From the human T2T-CHM13v2.0 reference genome, Homo sapiens: a stretch of DNA of 64,000 bases. Position numbers and translations under genes: made by a program. Within the stretch, counting starts at the first letter, position 1. Each line of letters starts with the position of its first letter. Shown here piece after piece: positions 12,481 through 24,979 of the stretch. Under the pieces are notes generated by a model. The model saw only the letters and a program-made list of their open reading frames with translations. It made no database searches and was not told the origin of the DNA. Location of the stretch: the NCBI RefSeq assembly GCF_009914755.1, contig NC_060947.1; one strand, given 5' to 3'.

Positions 12481-14351
12481 TTTTCTACTAGGCAGAAAAA
12501 TAAGAAGAGGAGGAAAAGTATCTCACACAAGGTGTTTTAGATGGATAGAGTAATTTTCTCATTCCTTCCCACACCCTTCTCTCTTTCTCTTCTAAAAGAA
12601 TAAATGACTTTATTTCTTTTAGCTCACCCACCTCAATCCCTTTCATCTTGATTTACCTGTTGGGGTGGAAGAAGCAGAGCTGGATATAGCTTCACTAACG
12701 GGTAATACTTTTCTTGGTAGTTCTAGCAAGAGGTTACCAACACAAAAATTTATAACCTCAATAATAGAGTTATTCAGAAGCAGTTTTTTTTACAGACCCT
12801 GTATGAGTCACACAGAGCAAAAACACTTCGCTGACATTTAAACGATATTTTAAAGCAAGATTTAAACTGTTTTCCTTACACTCATTATCAATGTTAGGAT
12901 ATTTTCTCAGTACTATTGCAGAATTTGTGCTGATCTATCCACACAGTTGCAACTGCGTTCCCCTTGAGACCAAGGATACATTCTGACAAGGTGGTAAAGA
13001 TAGAAGCTAAGAGGACCACTTAAAAATCACTTAAAACTTGTAGATTTTTAACTGATTCAGTCAAACAGCTATATTGATACTATTTGGTCACTTGCTTACC
13101 ATGAAAATATCCCTGAACAACTTGGATTTATAATGCATGATTTAATAGGTCAGCGCTCAAAAGAAAATAATCCAGGGTTGTAAACAATATTTTGACTGTC
13201 AACTAAATTTAAATATATCCATTACTGGAATCTTATTCAATGGTTTTAAACACAGATATATATTTTAATTTAAAGTAGTACATTTTAAAATATGAAATTT
13301 CCTTTATGGTCAAATATTTAAATCCTTGTAAAATTTAAAATATTACCACTGAATTTGAATAATCATCTTAAACCTTTGGGCCTTTTGATTTTCCCTGAGA
13401 GAATTAAAAACGTGTTTTAAAGAAATAGGTAGAAATGCTATGATTAAGGTACTACATTCATTTGGGTCACGATTCTTGGTACAGAGTGGTTGTTTATTAA
13501 CATTATTTTTATTTTAAAAAAACCCAGTAAAATTATTGATTTGTTTTGGGGAAAAGTATTTCTAAGAAATCTTTAGCTTTCTGTTCAACTTGATAACTCT
13601 GTCCATGAAAATGGTGTGTGCTGTGGAGGGGAAGTCTTTCAACACCAAAAGCCACAAATTCCCCAGAATTTGCAGTGCTCTAGCACAAAGGAGGGAGTAA
13701 AAAAGGAGCATTTGAAACTGTCAAAATGTAAATGACACATTTAAGGTACATTCATCTGGCACAGTAACACCTTACAATTTTTTTTTATCACACCTCACAT
13801 ATTCAGTTTCCATCATTTTCAAAACGTGACATTTTAATATAGGATTTTATGACTTTGAGATTTTGCCCATTTATAGACACCTATCTTGATACTGTACAAT
13901 AAACTTCTGTCTTCTTTTCCTGGACTAGATTTGAAGCCTGGGTTAAGTTTGTGTTAAGGTTGCCCCTTCCCTGGCTGCCAAGACGACCAAAGAGAGGCCC
14001 TTGGGATTCTCTTCTTGGCCTGCACACTAGAGGTGCTCCATCCACCTTCCATCTCGCCCTCCTCACCACAACGCGCCAAAGAGACCAGTCCAAAGAAGAA
14101 AGCTGTGAATAAAACTGCTCTTCCATTTCCTCCTCAGGACCAAACCCGTGATATCTGATATCCTTAAGTTACCACCAAATAGGTAATCTGCCGAGGTCCC
14201 CCTTACTGCTTTTTACCCATAAAGCGTTTGTTTGTCTCCTATGTTGACGCAGCTCCCAAAAACTTCTTTATTCCGCAAGCCCCTTCACTCTGCCCACTGG
14301 AAAAAAACCTCTTCCTATGAACATCTCCTTTACCTTCCTGATCTAACTTAG

Positions 14352-14578
14352 GATTTACTCAACCTTGGCACTACTGACATTCTGGGTCGGATCATTTGTT
14401 GTGGGCTGACCTGTGTGTTGTGGGATATTTAGCAGTATCCCTGGTCTCTACCTACTAGAATCCACTAGAGCACCCCCAGACTCCCACCAGCTGTGACAGC
14501 CCAAACTGCTTCCAGACATTGCCAAATGTCTTCTGACCCAGGGGGAAGGGGGTATCACCCCCAGCTGAGAACCACTGA
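14352..14578 (+). mobile_element. MER20, copy 2
   Basis: CTCAACCTTGGCACTACTGACATT...TTTAGCAGTATCCCTGG...CCAGACATTGCCAAATGTC...GCTGAGAACCACTG. Confidence 0.9.
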
Positions 14579-16202
14579 TTTAACCACTGTTGGGATTGTG
14601 TCCTTCTTGCTCTGCCCCTTCCCCCTCAAAAAACTAAAGCTCCTTTAAACATATGCCACCATCCTACTAACCTTTTGTTCTACTAGTGGCCTTTTGTTAT
14701 ATCTACTGAGCTCCTGGTCACCTCTTTTCTTTTGATGGAGATTTTAGCCCATGGCTCTGTCTCTCCGTCCCTCCCTCTCAAATATTACTCTGCTGATTGC
14801 TGTCCTGTAACTTTCATATCCAAAAAGATCTACTAAAACCTCTGGCCTCTAAGTTACTTGATCCTCCTGATCCAAGTTAAACCCAAATATCGGCCCATTT
14901 TACATATGAGGAGCAGAACGTCATTGGAAAAAAAAAAAAAAACATGCAACCCTTCTATTGGCCTCACCTCAAATTGACGACTGGAAATTTCACCTTACTT
15001 GACTATCCTATAATATTCCTGGAGTCAGTTTGCTCTCCCCCTCTCTCTGAGACTATTTCATACCTCTTTTTTTCTCAAAAACTCCAGTACTGCCTCTTCT
15101 CTTGCTCTTCTTAACGACTTTGTTTCTTAATTCATTGAGAAAAATAGAAGTACTGAGAAGAGGGCTATTGTATTCTACTACCACTAACTTGACTAACTTA
15201 CTTGTAGGCATCCGCAACTTTGTATTTTTTCCCTTCCTTCCTGTCACAATGATTCTGTTCCCACTCCTCTCTAGGGTCACCCTGTGCCCTTGCATATCTC
15301 CCTTCATCTGTTTTCAATGACCCAACGACCTTGTCCCTTTACTTTTCCCCTTTGCTTGCGCATCATTCATACACCCCTCTCTACCATCAACATATACACA
15401 CGCTGTACTATCTTCCATCGAAACAACCACAACCTGATCTCTACATATTGGCATGACTCAATCCTATGCTTTTTTTCCCCTCTCCTCTCCTCTTCTCCCT
15501 TCCCCTCTCGTCCTCTTTTTGCCTTCTCTATCAATATTTACTCTCTAAATGGTCTAAATGAGTTCTGCAGCCTTTAATAAAATTTATATGCTAATGATTG
15601 CAATTGATACCTCTACTTTTTATTTTTAGCTCCAAGTTTATATATCCAGCTGCCATTTAATTGGATGCCTCACCAGCACTTTCAACTTCACATGTCCAAA
15701 TGTGAACTTCTGATTACCCCCTAAAACCTTTACTTTTCTAGTGTTAACACTTCCTGTAACTTGAAAAAGATGCTCTGGCTGAAAATCCAGAAGTCATGTT
15801 GATTGTGTCTTCTCTTCTTCCCACCCCATATCCCTCATCAAGTCTTGTCAGCTCTACCTTCAAAACAAGTCACAAATTTGAACTCCATCCACTATTATTT
15901 CCTAGTCTAAGCCACCATTATCTCCCGGGCTACCACAGTAAGTCTCCTAACTGGTTTCTCTGCTTCCACTTTTACTCCCCTAGAGAATCTTCTTCACACA
16001 TCTGATACAGTACTCTTTTAAAACTTGTAAATCAGATTTTGTCACTTCTCTGCTCAAAATTGTTCACCAGAGTTCTATCACATTTGGTATAAAAGTCCAT
16101 GTCCTACTGTGTCCTGGGCAGATCTGGACTCTACCTGTGATGGTTAATTTTATGTGTCAACTCAGCTGATACACACACACACCACACACACACGCACACA
16201 AG

Positions 16203-16556
16203 AATCATGTGTCATTTAATAAGAAGGTTACATTCTGAGAAATGTATTGTTAGACAATTTCATCATTGTCCATACATCTTAGGGCGTACTTACGCTAACC
16301 TAGATGGTACAGCCTACTATACAACTAGGCTATATGGTCTAACTTGTTGCTCCTAGGCTACAAACCTGTACAGCATGCGACTGTACTGAACACTATCATA
16401 GCACACTGGCAAGTATTTGCATACCAAAACCTATCTAAACACGGAAACATATCTAAACATACCTGCACAGTAGAAATACAGTATTGTAATCTTATGGGAC
16501 CACTTTCATATATTTAGTCCGTCATTGACTGAAACGTTGTTATGCAGCACGTGACT
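16203..16556 (-). mobile_element. Tigger3a-like (TcMar-Tigger) MITE
   Basis: TTCTGAGAAATGTATTGTTAG, CCTAGGCTACAAACCTGTACAGCATG, AATCTTATGGGACCAC, GAAACGTTGTTATGCAGCACGTGACT. Confidence 0.85.
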
Positions 16557-16567
16557 CTATCTATCTA

Positions 16568-16603
<36 letters not shown>

Positions 16604-16630
16604 CCTACCTACCTACCTACCTATCTATCT
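16556..16630. repeat. Compound tetranucleotide STR (TCTA)(TCTG)(CCTA)
   Basis: Direct reading. Confidence 0.95.
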
Positions 16631-18064
16631 CCCATTGGTTCTGTTTCTGTGCAAACCCTGACTAATTCACTACCAAGTCTCATTTTTGCTTATTGCTCTC
16701 CTCCCCCCTCACTTTGCCCTGGCCACACTGGCCTTCTTGCTGTTTATCAAGCACACATGGCTCCTTTCAGCTCCTTGGTCTTTGCTCTTGCTGATACCCC
16801 ATCGCCTGTGCTTTGGACATGTTTGGCCCCCTCACCAGCCACTGTGCACGTGACATGAATGGAAGCAAGCACGGCATCAGTTATCATGCCAGTCAAAGAA
16901 ATGTTTGTGTCCATTGAACTTGCTTTACTGATAATTAGATCACGAGGGCACCTTGAAAAATACAACTTATAAGTCACCAGCCATTGCTAGAGATTTTATA
17001 ATTCAAGTGGCTGCTACAGGACCCTGCACCTGACAGAATCTCAATGCAACACCTCTTGGGACATTTTGAGAACTCTGCCTGTGCTTTTGTGGCACAAATC
17101 AATGACTAATCTCAAAAGAGACTTTGTAATCCCGTCCGTCACCAATTAAATAATGCCTTTCAGAATCCTACCTCATTTGACAACACTTCTTTTTTGACTC
17201 TGTCTGGGTCTTCTGCTTGGGAAGACTTGGGGAGACTTACTGAACTCACTTTGGCATGACACGATTTTCCTTTGTCTGGTGAGCAATACATTCAGCTTTG
17301 GTTTTTCAGCTCTGCTGCTCCGGTTATTTCAATATGACAGTACCTTAATGATTTCATTTTCTTCCCCTTTACTGTTTTAGGCCTTCAAAACATTTTTTTA
17401 GGAGTTTCAGTATTTACTGGTTGGTCTCTTTGTTTTCCTGAGTCCCTTTGTGGAAACATGGTAAATTCTCTTCTGAGAAAGGAAGGATTTTACTGACCTG
17501 GATTTAGGGACAATCCCCCAACTGTTTTAGGTAGTTTGCTCTGAAATATTATTATATAAAATTTCATTCCTGAAACCCCATCAAATCTGAACCCTTTTCG
17601 GGCATTCCTGAACTCTCCCCTCCCCCACCAAAAAACCCCAAATCCCCTAAACTTTAATTACTATAGCTATTTATTTTGGTCCCTCTCTGTGGGTGAGATT
17701 TACATTAATTAGAGTATAATGAAGCCTGCCCTTTCAAACAAATGGATTCCTTTGTTTGCGCTCATTTGGGCAAACCAACTGCACTGTGTGTGATTTCGCA
17801 AAAGGAAGGCACTGAAAACAGCTCATACGAAACCAGACCCCCAGACCTAACCTTCCCCATCCTTCCCAAGATACCTGCAGCGTTACACACTTGAGATTTG
17901 TGAAGAGACCTGTATAAATATGTTTTTGGTCTTGTTGTTTTCCTACCTGCAGAAGAGACACATTTTCTCAGAAAACATTTCCTTCTCTGCGGCTTTCTGG
18001 TTAGTATTCAGGCCAGCACCTCTGTTATCAGACGGTGGCAACAAAGCTTTTCCGCCTGAATCTT

Positions 18065-18078
18065 CTGCGAGGTGGCGG
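18065..18078 (+). promoter_or_regulatory. Candidate CTCF site
   Basis: CTGCGAGGTGGCGG versus the CTCF core CCGCGNGGNGGCAG, in repeat-free and locally CpG-richer sequence. Confidence 0.4.
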
Positions 18079-18504
18079 GGGAATGGATTGCACAGTAATG
18101 AGCTGTTTTTGCAGGCTTCCTTCGGGAGCCTTTTCTTATATCCCTTGGCAAGAGGAGCTAATTCAAAACAGCTAACCCAACCCTTGGGCATCTAAAATTC
18201 ACAGAAATTCAGCCGACTTGACAGGAAGAGGGTCTCCCTGAAAATCGGTACTGTAAATCAGAGCTTTGTTCTCTGAGGGAAGGGGTGGCTAGAGGTTTTC
18301 TGGCACCTCTCGTATAACCTTATATAAGACTTTTATCCCTATTGCTGTTTTAAAGCCAACTGAAGATGGTAGGGTGCGTGCTGGGAGCTGCTTTTCTTTC
18401 CTGATTATGCTGTTTCATCCTCTACGCAACATGAACTGAGAGTCTCAAAGCGTTTCTTCCTGGAGAGGCAATCACAGACTTTTACTTTTCATGAACTTGA
18501 CCAG

Positions 18505-18620
18505 ATAGACTTAATCTTCTTGAGGGCAGGGCCAGCGATTTTTATTTTTATATCTCCAGTAGCTAACACAGAGGCCGGCACTTAGTAGACCCTCAGTGTA
18601 TACTCGGCGGATGTCGGATG
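18505..18620 (+). mobile_element. L2 3' end remnant
   Basis: CTTGAGGGCAGGG...ATATCTCCAG..GCTAACACAG.GCCGGCACTTAGTAGACCCTCAGT. Confidence 0.7.
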
Positions 18621-18853
18621 GCTGATGGGGCTAGCAGTGGCTGTGCTGATTCTGTTTACGTAGCAAGCATTGCTGCTGCCTTGCTGATGTTGGTGCTCAG
18701 GTGTTACCTCGGCATGTGCTCCCATTTCTTTTGGCTCCAGCCTGCAATTGCTTTTCTCTCCTGTCTCCAGTTGTTAGTTCTCCTTCTTTCCATCAAAATA
18801 TGATGACTTCCCATCCTTATAGACTTCTCTGTCTCCAACCTAAGTAATCTGCT

Positions 18854-18892
18854 ACACACACACACACACACACATACACACACAGACACACA
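18854..18892. repeat. (CA)n microsatellite
   Basis: Direct reading. Confidence 0.9.
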
Positions 18893-19318
18893 TCTCCTCA
18901 TTCTTTTGTAGGTTACTTTTTTGTAGGTTCTAATTTCCTTCTCCTCCACCCTCACACCACATCTTCCCCTTCACCCTCAAGGGTTTCCCCATTCTTTCAA
19001 CCCAAAATGATCCTCATTCATCCCAGGTTCTGCTTTGATTTCCACCTTTTCTTAGTCCCCATCCTATGCTTTTGATGGGTTTTACCCCTTCATCCTCTGG
19101 CAACTTCCTTTTATTTACATATTTCTTAACTTGCTGAAGGTTGGAATCGAAAAGGGGTGGTCTTTACCTTTTAGATTTATATTGCTAACCAGTGAAATAC
19201 GCCAACAATGGTGCTTTAATGGGTACAATGGTAGAAATTGCACATGTTCCCTTTGAATATGTGGGATAATTATTAAGAGGGCTAGCTGAAAAACATCATA
19301 GTATTTTGTTTGATTTAA

Positions 19319-19555
19319 ACTACTGGTCTCAACTAGGGACAATTTTGCTGCCAAGGGGACATTTGGCAATGTGTAGAGACATTTTTAGTTGTCACAACTG
19401 GGGGCTAGGAGCAGGGATACAGAAGGATGCTACTGGCATCTAGTGGGTAGAGGCCAGGGATGCTACTAAACATCCTAAGGTACACAGGACAGCCTCCACT
19501 ACAAAGGCTTTTTGGGGCCAATATGTCAATAGTGTCCGGGTTGATAAACCTTGGC
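19319..19555 (-). mobile_element. MER20, copy 3
   Basis: GGGGACATTTGGCAATGTGTAGAGACATTTTTAGTTGTCACAACTGGG...TGCTACTGGCATCTAGTGGGTAGAGGCCAGGGATGC. Confidence 0.9.
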
Positions 19556-20443
19556 TTATACCTTCTCTTCCTTTCTCGGGACCTTTCTGCCCTGTCTCTT
19601 GATGCCCTGGGTCCTCGCAACCTAATCGTGTCACTGTGTCTCGTGGCCCTAATTGCTGTGTTTGCCCACTGCCTAGAGAGCACCCCATGCCTGGTTTTAA
19701 CCTCCACAGTGAAAGCTAACCATGAACATTCTTCAGTTTGTGGAATCCTGGCTAGTGGGAGCAGGAAGGGCCTTTACAAGCTTTTATAATCTGCCTTCTG
19801 ACTCTTCAGAGTAAAGAGAAGTGACTTTGCTAAGATCACACAGCTACCCCCAGGCTGGTCTGGGGGCTATGGCCCTGGTGGCCCTTTTCCCAGCCCTCTT
19901 CTGTTTATACTCACTGCTTTTGGTCAAAAAGGGAAATACAAGCTAACAGCTTGGACAAGGGCAAGAATCAGATTGACTGGTCTCGTCCAAACAGGGATGT
20001 AATTGTGCACTTCTCAGTTTGCTGGGTTGCTATGAAAACACGTTTTTCAGAATTTCATCCTTTGGGGCTTTCTCAAGGGTCACTGCTGGCTGCAAGTTAT
20101 GGCCGATGTACCTTACTGTCCTCTTAGAGGGGATGCGGTGACTTGACCAGGTAAAACACAATTCTAAGCAGGTCATTAGAAATGAAAATTTGGGGAAGGC
20201 AGAACTGCCACTTCTCTTTATCTCAGGCCATGTAGTCAGCTGTGCACTAGGTCGAGAAGTACCTGAATCTGGGGTGGAAAGGAGCGTAAACCCAAATCTT
20301 CTGCAATAAAGAGCCACAATTTGAGACGATTACAAGGCAAACTGGGGCAACTTCCGTGTATTCTCTCCTTCACCTCTCCCCAAACAACCACATTTTATCA
20401 GTGAGCCAAAGTGTTTTTGGAGGAGAGGGAGAAGGGCTGGACT

Positions 20444-20629
20444 AATGTTTTTCCAAGTAAGGTCCTTTGACCTAGAGGCCTCAGAATGGCTTGGGATAGG
20501 TGTAAAAATGCATATTCCCAGCCCTTCCTAGATCGACATTTACTAGTTCTGAGCGGGGGGAGGCAAACACTGAAAGTATTATTAAGCTGCCAGGGCATCC
20601 TTCTGTAGTTGTAAGTTTAAGAACCACTG
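20444..20629. mobile_element. MER5A-like MITE
   Basis: AAAAATGCATATTCCCAG...GTAAGTTTAAGAACCACTG. Confidence 0.6.
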
Positions 20630-21579
20630 ACCCAGACTCTTGAATAATAAAGCTTTTTCTCCCTGAAACAATTCCACAAAGTCAGAAGCTTTTGGACAAT
20701 GCGTGAATCTCAGAGAGAAAACCTGCTACTAAAAAAGAAAAACAAAAAAACCTGGCTCTTTTGGTCAGATATTATGGTCATAAGGTGGCTGAGTTGGCTT
20801 GGAGCTTTGAAGATGTAAAGGCCACAAAGCATCAGGCTTTGCTCCTTTTAAAGTTTTGAAAGAGTTGGAACTGACCTTCTTTTGCTCTCTTGGCACCTTT
20901 GGACACCCTTTGAGGAGACCTGTGAGTAAAGAGAAAGTTTTCCTTGGGGGCTGCTTATTACCTACCTCTCCAAGGGCCCTGAAGGTGCCTGCTCACTGAT
21001 CTACCTTGAATAGATATCTACATGTTTTAATTAAGAATACTCACAGGCGTTGACCACGTTCCTCATTTCAACAGTAATGCTCCTTGGTTTTTTTACTTTC
21101 CCCTAAGCATGAATCACTTTCCAGGGGCGATGACTCTTCATCTATGCAGCTAGCCACATTTCCTGGGTTGGCGCTTCTGTTTATTTACTTGTATTTTGTT
21201 GGACCAAGTTTTAAACACAGCCCTCCTCCTTTTCCTCTTTCCAAAACCCTTAGCCACTTGCAGAATGGAAGCTGTCATGCTCTTTTGTTACCCCACTATC
21301 CAATAAGCACAACGCTTCCCTAAGCATAGACCATGTTCCCTTTTCCTTTCAGAAAGAGATGCAGAACACAAATTCTGCTGCTTTGTGCATATAAGCTGTG
21401 TAATTATCTGACCTTAGGTGATCGTTGCTTTATTTTTTAAATTTTGGAGCGGAGAGAAAAGTGAAGGGTGACAGTACCCAACTGAGTCCTACAAACTCCT
21501 CTAAAACAAATTTCCAAATTTTGAGATCAATCAGATCCACTAGCTAGTCCCTTATTCTCTGCTGTTTGTCTGCTTCCTT

Positions 21580-21930
21580 ACCCCAGGACCTTTGCACTTG
21601 CTCTTCCCAGCTTCCTATGCTCTTCATCAGATATTCACTGGGCTAGCCCTGCTCATTTGCTTCCTGCAGCTCTCTGCCCAAATGTTCCTTCTTCATGGAG
21701 GCCTTCTCTAACCATCCATCCCATGGTGCTCCCTCTTCTCCTTTCCCTGCTTTAGTTCTCCCCACACATGACAAATTCCGTACAGTTCTCTGTGTGCATT
21801 TCCCCCACCATAAGGCAAATTCCCTGAGGGCAGGGTCTTGTCTGTTCAATGCTGTAGTCTCAGCACCGACACCAGTGCCTGGCATATAGTAGACACTCAA
21901 GCAGTACTGGATGTGTGAATGAATGAATAA
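21580..21930 (+). mobile_element. L2a 3' end
   Basis: CAGGACCTTTGCACTTGCT...CCTGAGGGCAGGG...GTGCCTGGCATATAGTAGACACTCAA...(TGAA)n tail. Confidence 0.85.
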
Positions 21931-22446
21931 ACGGATGTAGAAATGAGGCCCAAACGACTCTCTTCTTTGTATATAAATTCTTCCCAGAACGAACATGCAT
22001 GTAAGGAGAGAAGTCATGAGCTACAGGAGTCTGATAAAGATGGGCCTTCCACCTACCTCTAAGCCTGTGCTGATGGTTTCTCTTCACTAGCAACTGCTGT
22101 GACCAGAAACCATGGGAGGCTTCAAACAAATAATAACAGAGAAGAATCCTTTCACTTTCATTGGTAGAAAACTTCAGATCAAGCAGGCATAGCAGACGCT
22201 GTCTGTTTCTGCCTACTGAACCAATATTTGAATCTCAGGATTCACTATCAAACAAGGAAGATTGGGCAAGATATAAAACTAAACACATGTATTCTTGGCC
22301 TCCATTATTAACATTATTTCCTGCAGAATATGCCACACTCAAATGCATGCATCTTTTTGATAACGCCACTTTTCCACACACGGCAACTAAAGAACAGGAT
22401 TACATGTGCGTGTATTTATAATATATGAAAATATATATACGGTACA

Positions 22447-22630
22447 GGGACAAATCATTCCTTATTGTGGGTGTTATTGTACATTTGGAATGTTCAGCAG
22501 CACCCCTGGCATCTACCCACTAGAAGCCACTAATATCTTCCTCTTAGTTATGACAACCCAAACTGTCTCCAGACACTGCCAAATATCCTTCGGGGGATGG
22601 GTCAAAATCACCCCCAGCTGAAAATCACTG
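22447..22630 (+). mobile_element. MER20, copy 4 (5'-partial)
   Basis: GAATGTTCAGCAGCACCCCTGGCATCTACCCACTAGA...TCTCCAGACACTGCCAAATATCC...GCTGAAAATCACTG. Confidence 0.85.
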
Positions 22631-22654
22631 AGTTAAACGAAGAAGACAGACTCT

Positions 22655-22758
22655 CAGGACTTCTGAGTCAGTAGGCCTGGGATGGGGCCTGGGAATATGT
22701 GCTTTAAAACAGTTCCCCCAGTTAAATGTGATAATCTGCTTGAGTTGAGAACAACTGC
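22655..22758. mobile_element. MER5 half element
   Basis: TTCTGAGTCAGTAGGCCTGGGATGGGGCCTGGGAAT...GTTGAGAACAACTG. Confidence 0.65.
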
Positions 22759-23455
22759 CCAATTTATTCTCCTTGGTGATGACAGCATGTTCCTCATTCT
22801 AAGGTCCTGGCAAGGATCCAGTTTTCAACTAACTGAAAGTGGAATGTCAGAAAAATATACATCCAAGAAAAAAATAGAGGAAAGGAAGGTATTGCTATTT
22901 CCCTTCCACTTTTCCCTCTCCGTGAAGTGAGAGACACTGACTCTGACACAAACTAAATTGTCAAGTGACAAAATCGGAAGCAGTGTTGTGTCACACATGA
23001 AACGAAGAAATAAATAGAAATGGAAGTGTGTGCTTTTAACAGTCCGTAGACACCCGGGCACTCTGACTGATACCATGAGGAGACCCGGGACTTTTGCTCA
23101 GTGTCATAGTGATGGAGTTTAGAGCAGTCCCTGACAAAGCAGATAATCAACAGTCCATGGAGTTAAGAATCTAAAAGGAAAACGGCAACTCAGAAGACGT
23201 GGCTCTAACATTTGACCTCTTAGCCATTAATTTTGATGTGGCTGTTTTTAAGGCCTTCTTTCCATTCCTGCAGCTCTCTAAATCGTGACCTGGCACGCAG
23301 TGCCACTTATTTTTTGCCTCCAAAGTGGATAATCAGAGATAGCATTATGGAGATGGAGAGACCACATACATCTACAGCATCCTTGTGTATAACGCATCTC
23401 TTTTTTTCTCTCTCTGTCTTTTCTTTTCTTGTACACATGTGGATACTATTTACAT

Positions 23456-23538
23456 TTAGGTTGAACCATAGGAAACTGCCATTTTTGGACATTTAAAAAA
23501 ATGATAGAATATTGACATTTTATGTAGATAATCTTAAT
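23456..23538. mobile_element. MADE2-like mariner MITE
   Basis: TTAGGTTGAACCATAGGAAACTGCCATTTTTG..., ~80 bp decayed palindrome. Confidence 0.65.
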
Positions 23539-24339
23539 CTTTCCTATGTCTCCTTCTTCCCCTGACCCCCTTTCTCTCTCTGTCTCTCTCTCTCTATGTC
23601 TCTTCATGGCTCTATCCTCTATTTTCCTGCCTTTGCAAGCACATGTGTACTACCCAGAATACCAGCTGTGAAGGTCAATAGATGTTACTGGGAAAAATTA
23701 AGAAAAAGAAGAGGTTTCCAAATTTCAATAACTGTTAATTTGAAAACCCACTGATGCACTTCATATATCTGGAGGGGAGGTCCTCTGGTCCAGCATAGCC
23801 AAAGACGTGTGAAATTCTTGATCCTACCAAATGGAACGGTCCTGAAGAGAACGTTAATGTGTTTGTGTCACCATTCCCGCCTTTGCATAGTATTGCTTTT
23901 TTCTTTCTTATTGAGCTCTCAGATTCCAAGGAATTTCTCCAGGTGTGGGGATGTAGTACTAGAGGAATTAAGACTCTGTGGGGCAAAAATCTCTATATAT
24001 GTACTGACCAATAAACAAAGCCAGACAAACAAGCTATGTTGTACTGCCTGGTATACAGTTTCCTGTCAAAGCTTACTTTCCGGGTTAGAGCTCAGGCTTT
24101 TGCAGCATCTTTGTGAGCTTCTATAAGTGGACCTTGTTGACTGTCCTCACTCTGCTTGCCAACCCCACTTCTGTCTCCTGGATCACAAATGGGATCTGTC
24201 ACCTTCTCATGGATGTTACACTTCAAGTCACAATTCCTTTGTTCCTCTGTGCATCACATGCTTACTTTCTCTTCATCCCTTATACACATGCATGTGTGCA
24301 TTCACACATGGTTCACATAGCCACATTCTTAGTAATTTA

Positions 24340-24975
24340 CATGTCAAATATTATGTTTTCCTGTTGTGATTTGGACAATACAGGAAAGCATAGAGAAGAA
24401 AATAATAATTGCTCCTACTCCAAAATAAACACTGGTAACATTTTAGTTCATGTTCTCAGGTTTTAATGCATATATGTTACATTGGGGTCATACCGTATGC
24501 AATATTACAACATCTATTCACTTAATCTTCAGAGCATTTTCTCATTTACTATTATTTCAAAGGATGCTTTTTAATATATGCATAGTATTACTTTTATATG
24601 GTGTGTCTGCTCTTGTGTTATTAATCATTTATTTTTAATAGTTTGTAATTTATTAAATATGATGCATTAGTGGACTTTGTTGTATATACCATTTATTATA
24701 CCCTTCACTATTTTATTAAAATAAATTTATGGAAATTGTATTACTGGGTTAGAAGTTATGACCTTTGTCAAAGCTCTTGATATATATTTCCAATTTACAT
24801 CCCAAAAAGTTTGTATCAATTTACATTTTTACCATCAGCATAAAGAGGCCCTTGTTTCTCTGTATTTTTCCCACTTTGATTGGGAGAATATATGTTATTT
24901 AAATTTGCACATTGTTGATTTCTACGACTGGACTCTCATATTACTTGCCCTTTGTATTTCTTTGTGAATTGTCCA
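24340..24975 (-). mobile_element. Old L1 (L1ME-like) remnant
   Basis: AACACTGGTAACATTTTAG, TGTATCAATTTACATTTTTACCATCAG, CTTGCCCTTTGTATTTCTTTGTGAATTGTC. Confidence 0.6.
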
Positions 24976-24979
24976 TGTC

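Larger units (their letters stand above)
16136..16669 (+). mobile_element. MLT2 (ERVL) LTR, both termini only, interior deleted
   Basis: 5' TGTGATGGTTAATTTTATGTGTCAACT and 3' ATTGGTTCTGTTTCTGTGCAAACCCTGACTAATTCA; perfect 5-bp TSD CTACC at 16131-16135 and 16670-16674. Confidence 0.85.
14650..16800 (+). mobile_element. LINE-2 remnant, interrupted by MLT2/Tigger3a at 16136-16669
   Basis: TTATATGCTAATGA..., CAACTTCACATGTCCAAA, CTCCTAACTGGTTTCTCTGCTTCC, CCACACTGGCCTTCTTGCTG. Confidence 0.75.
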
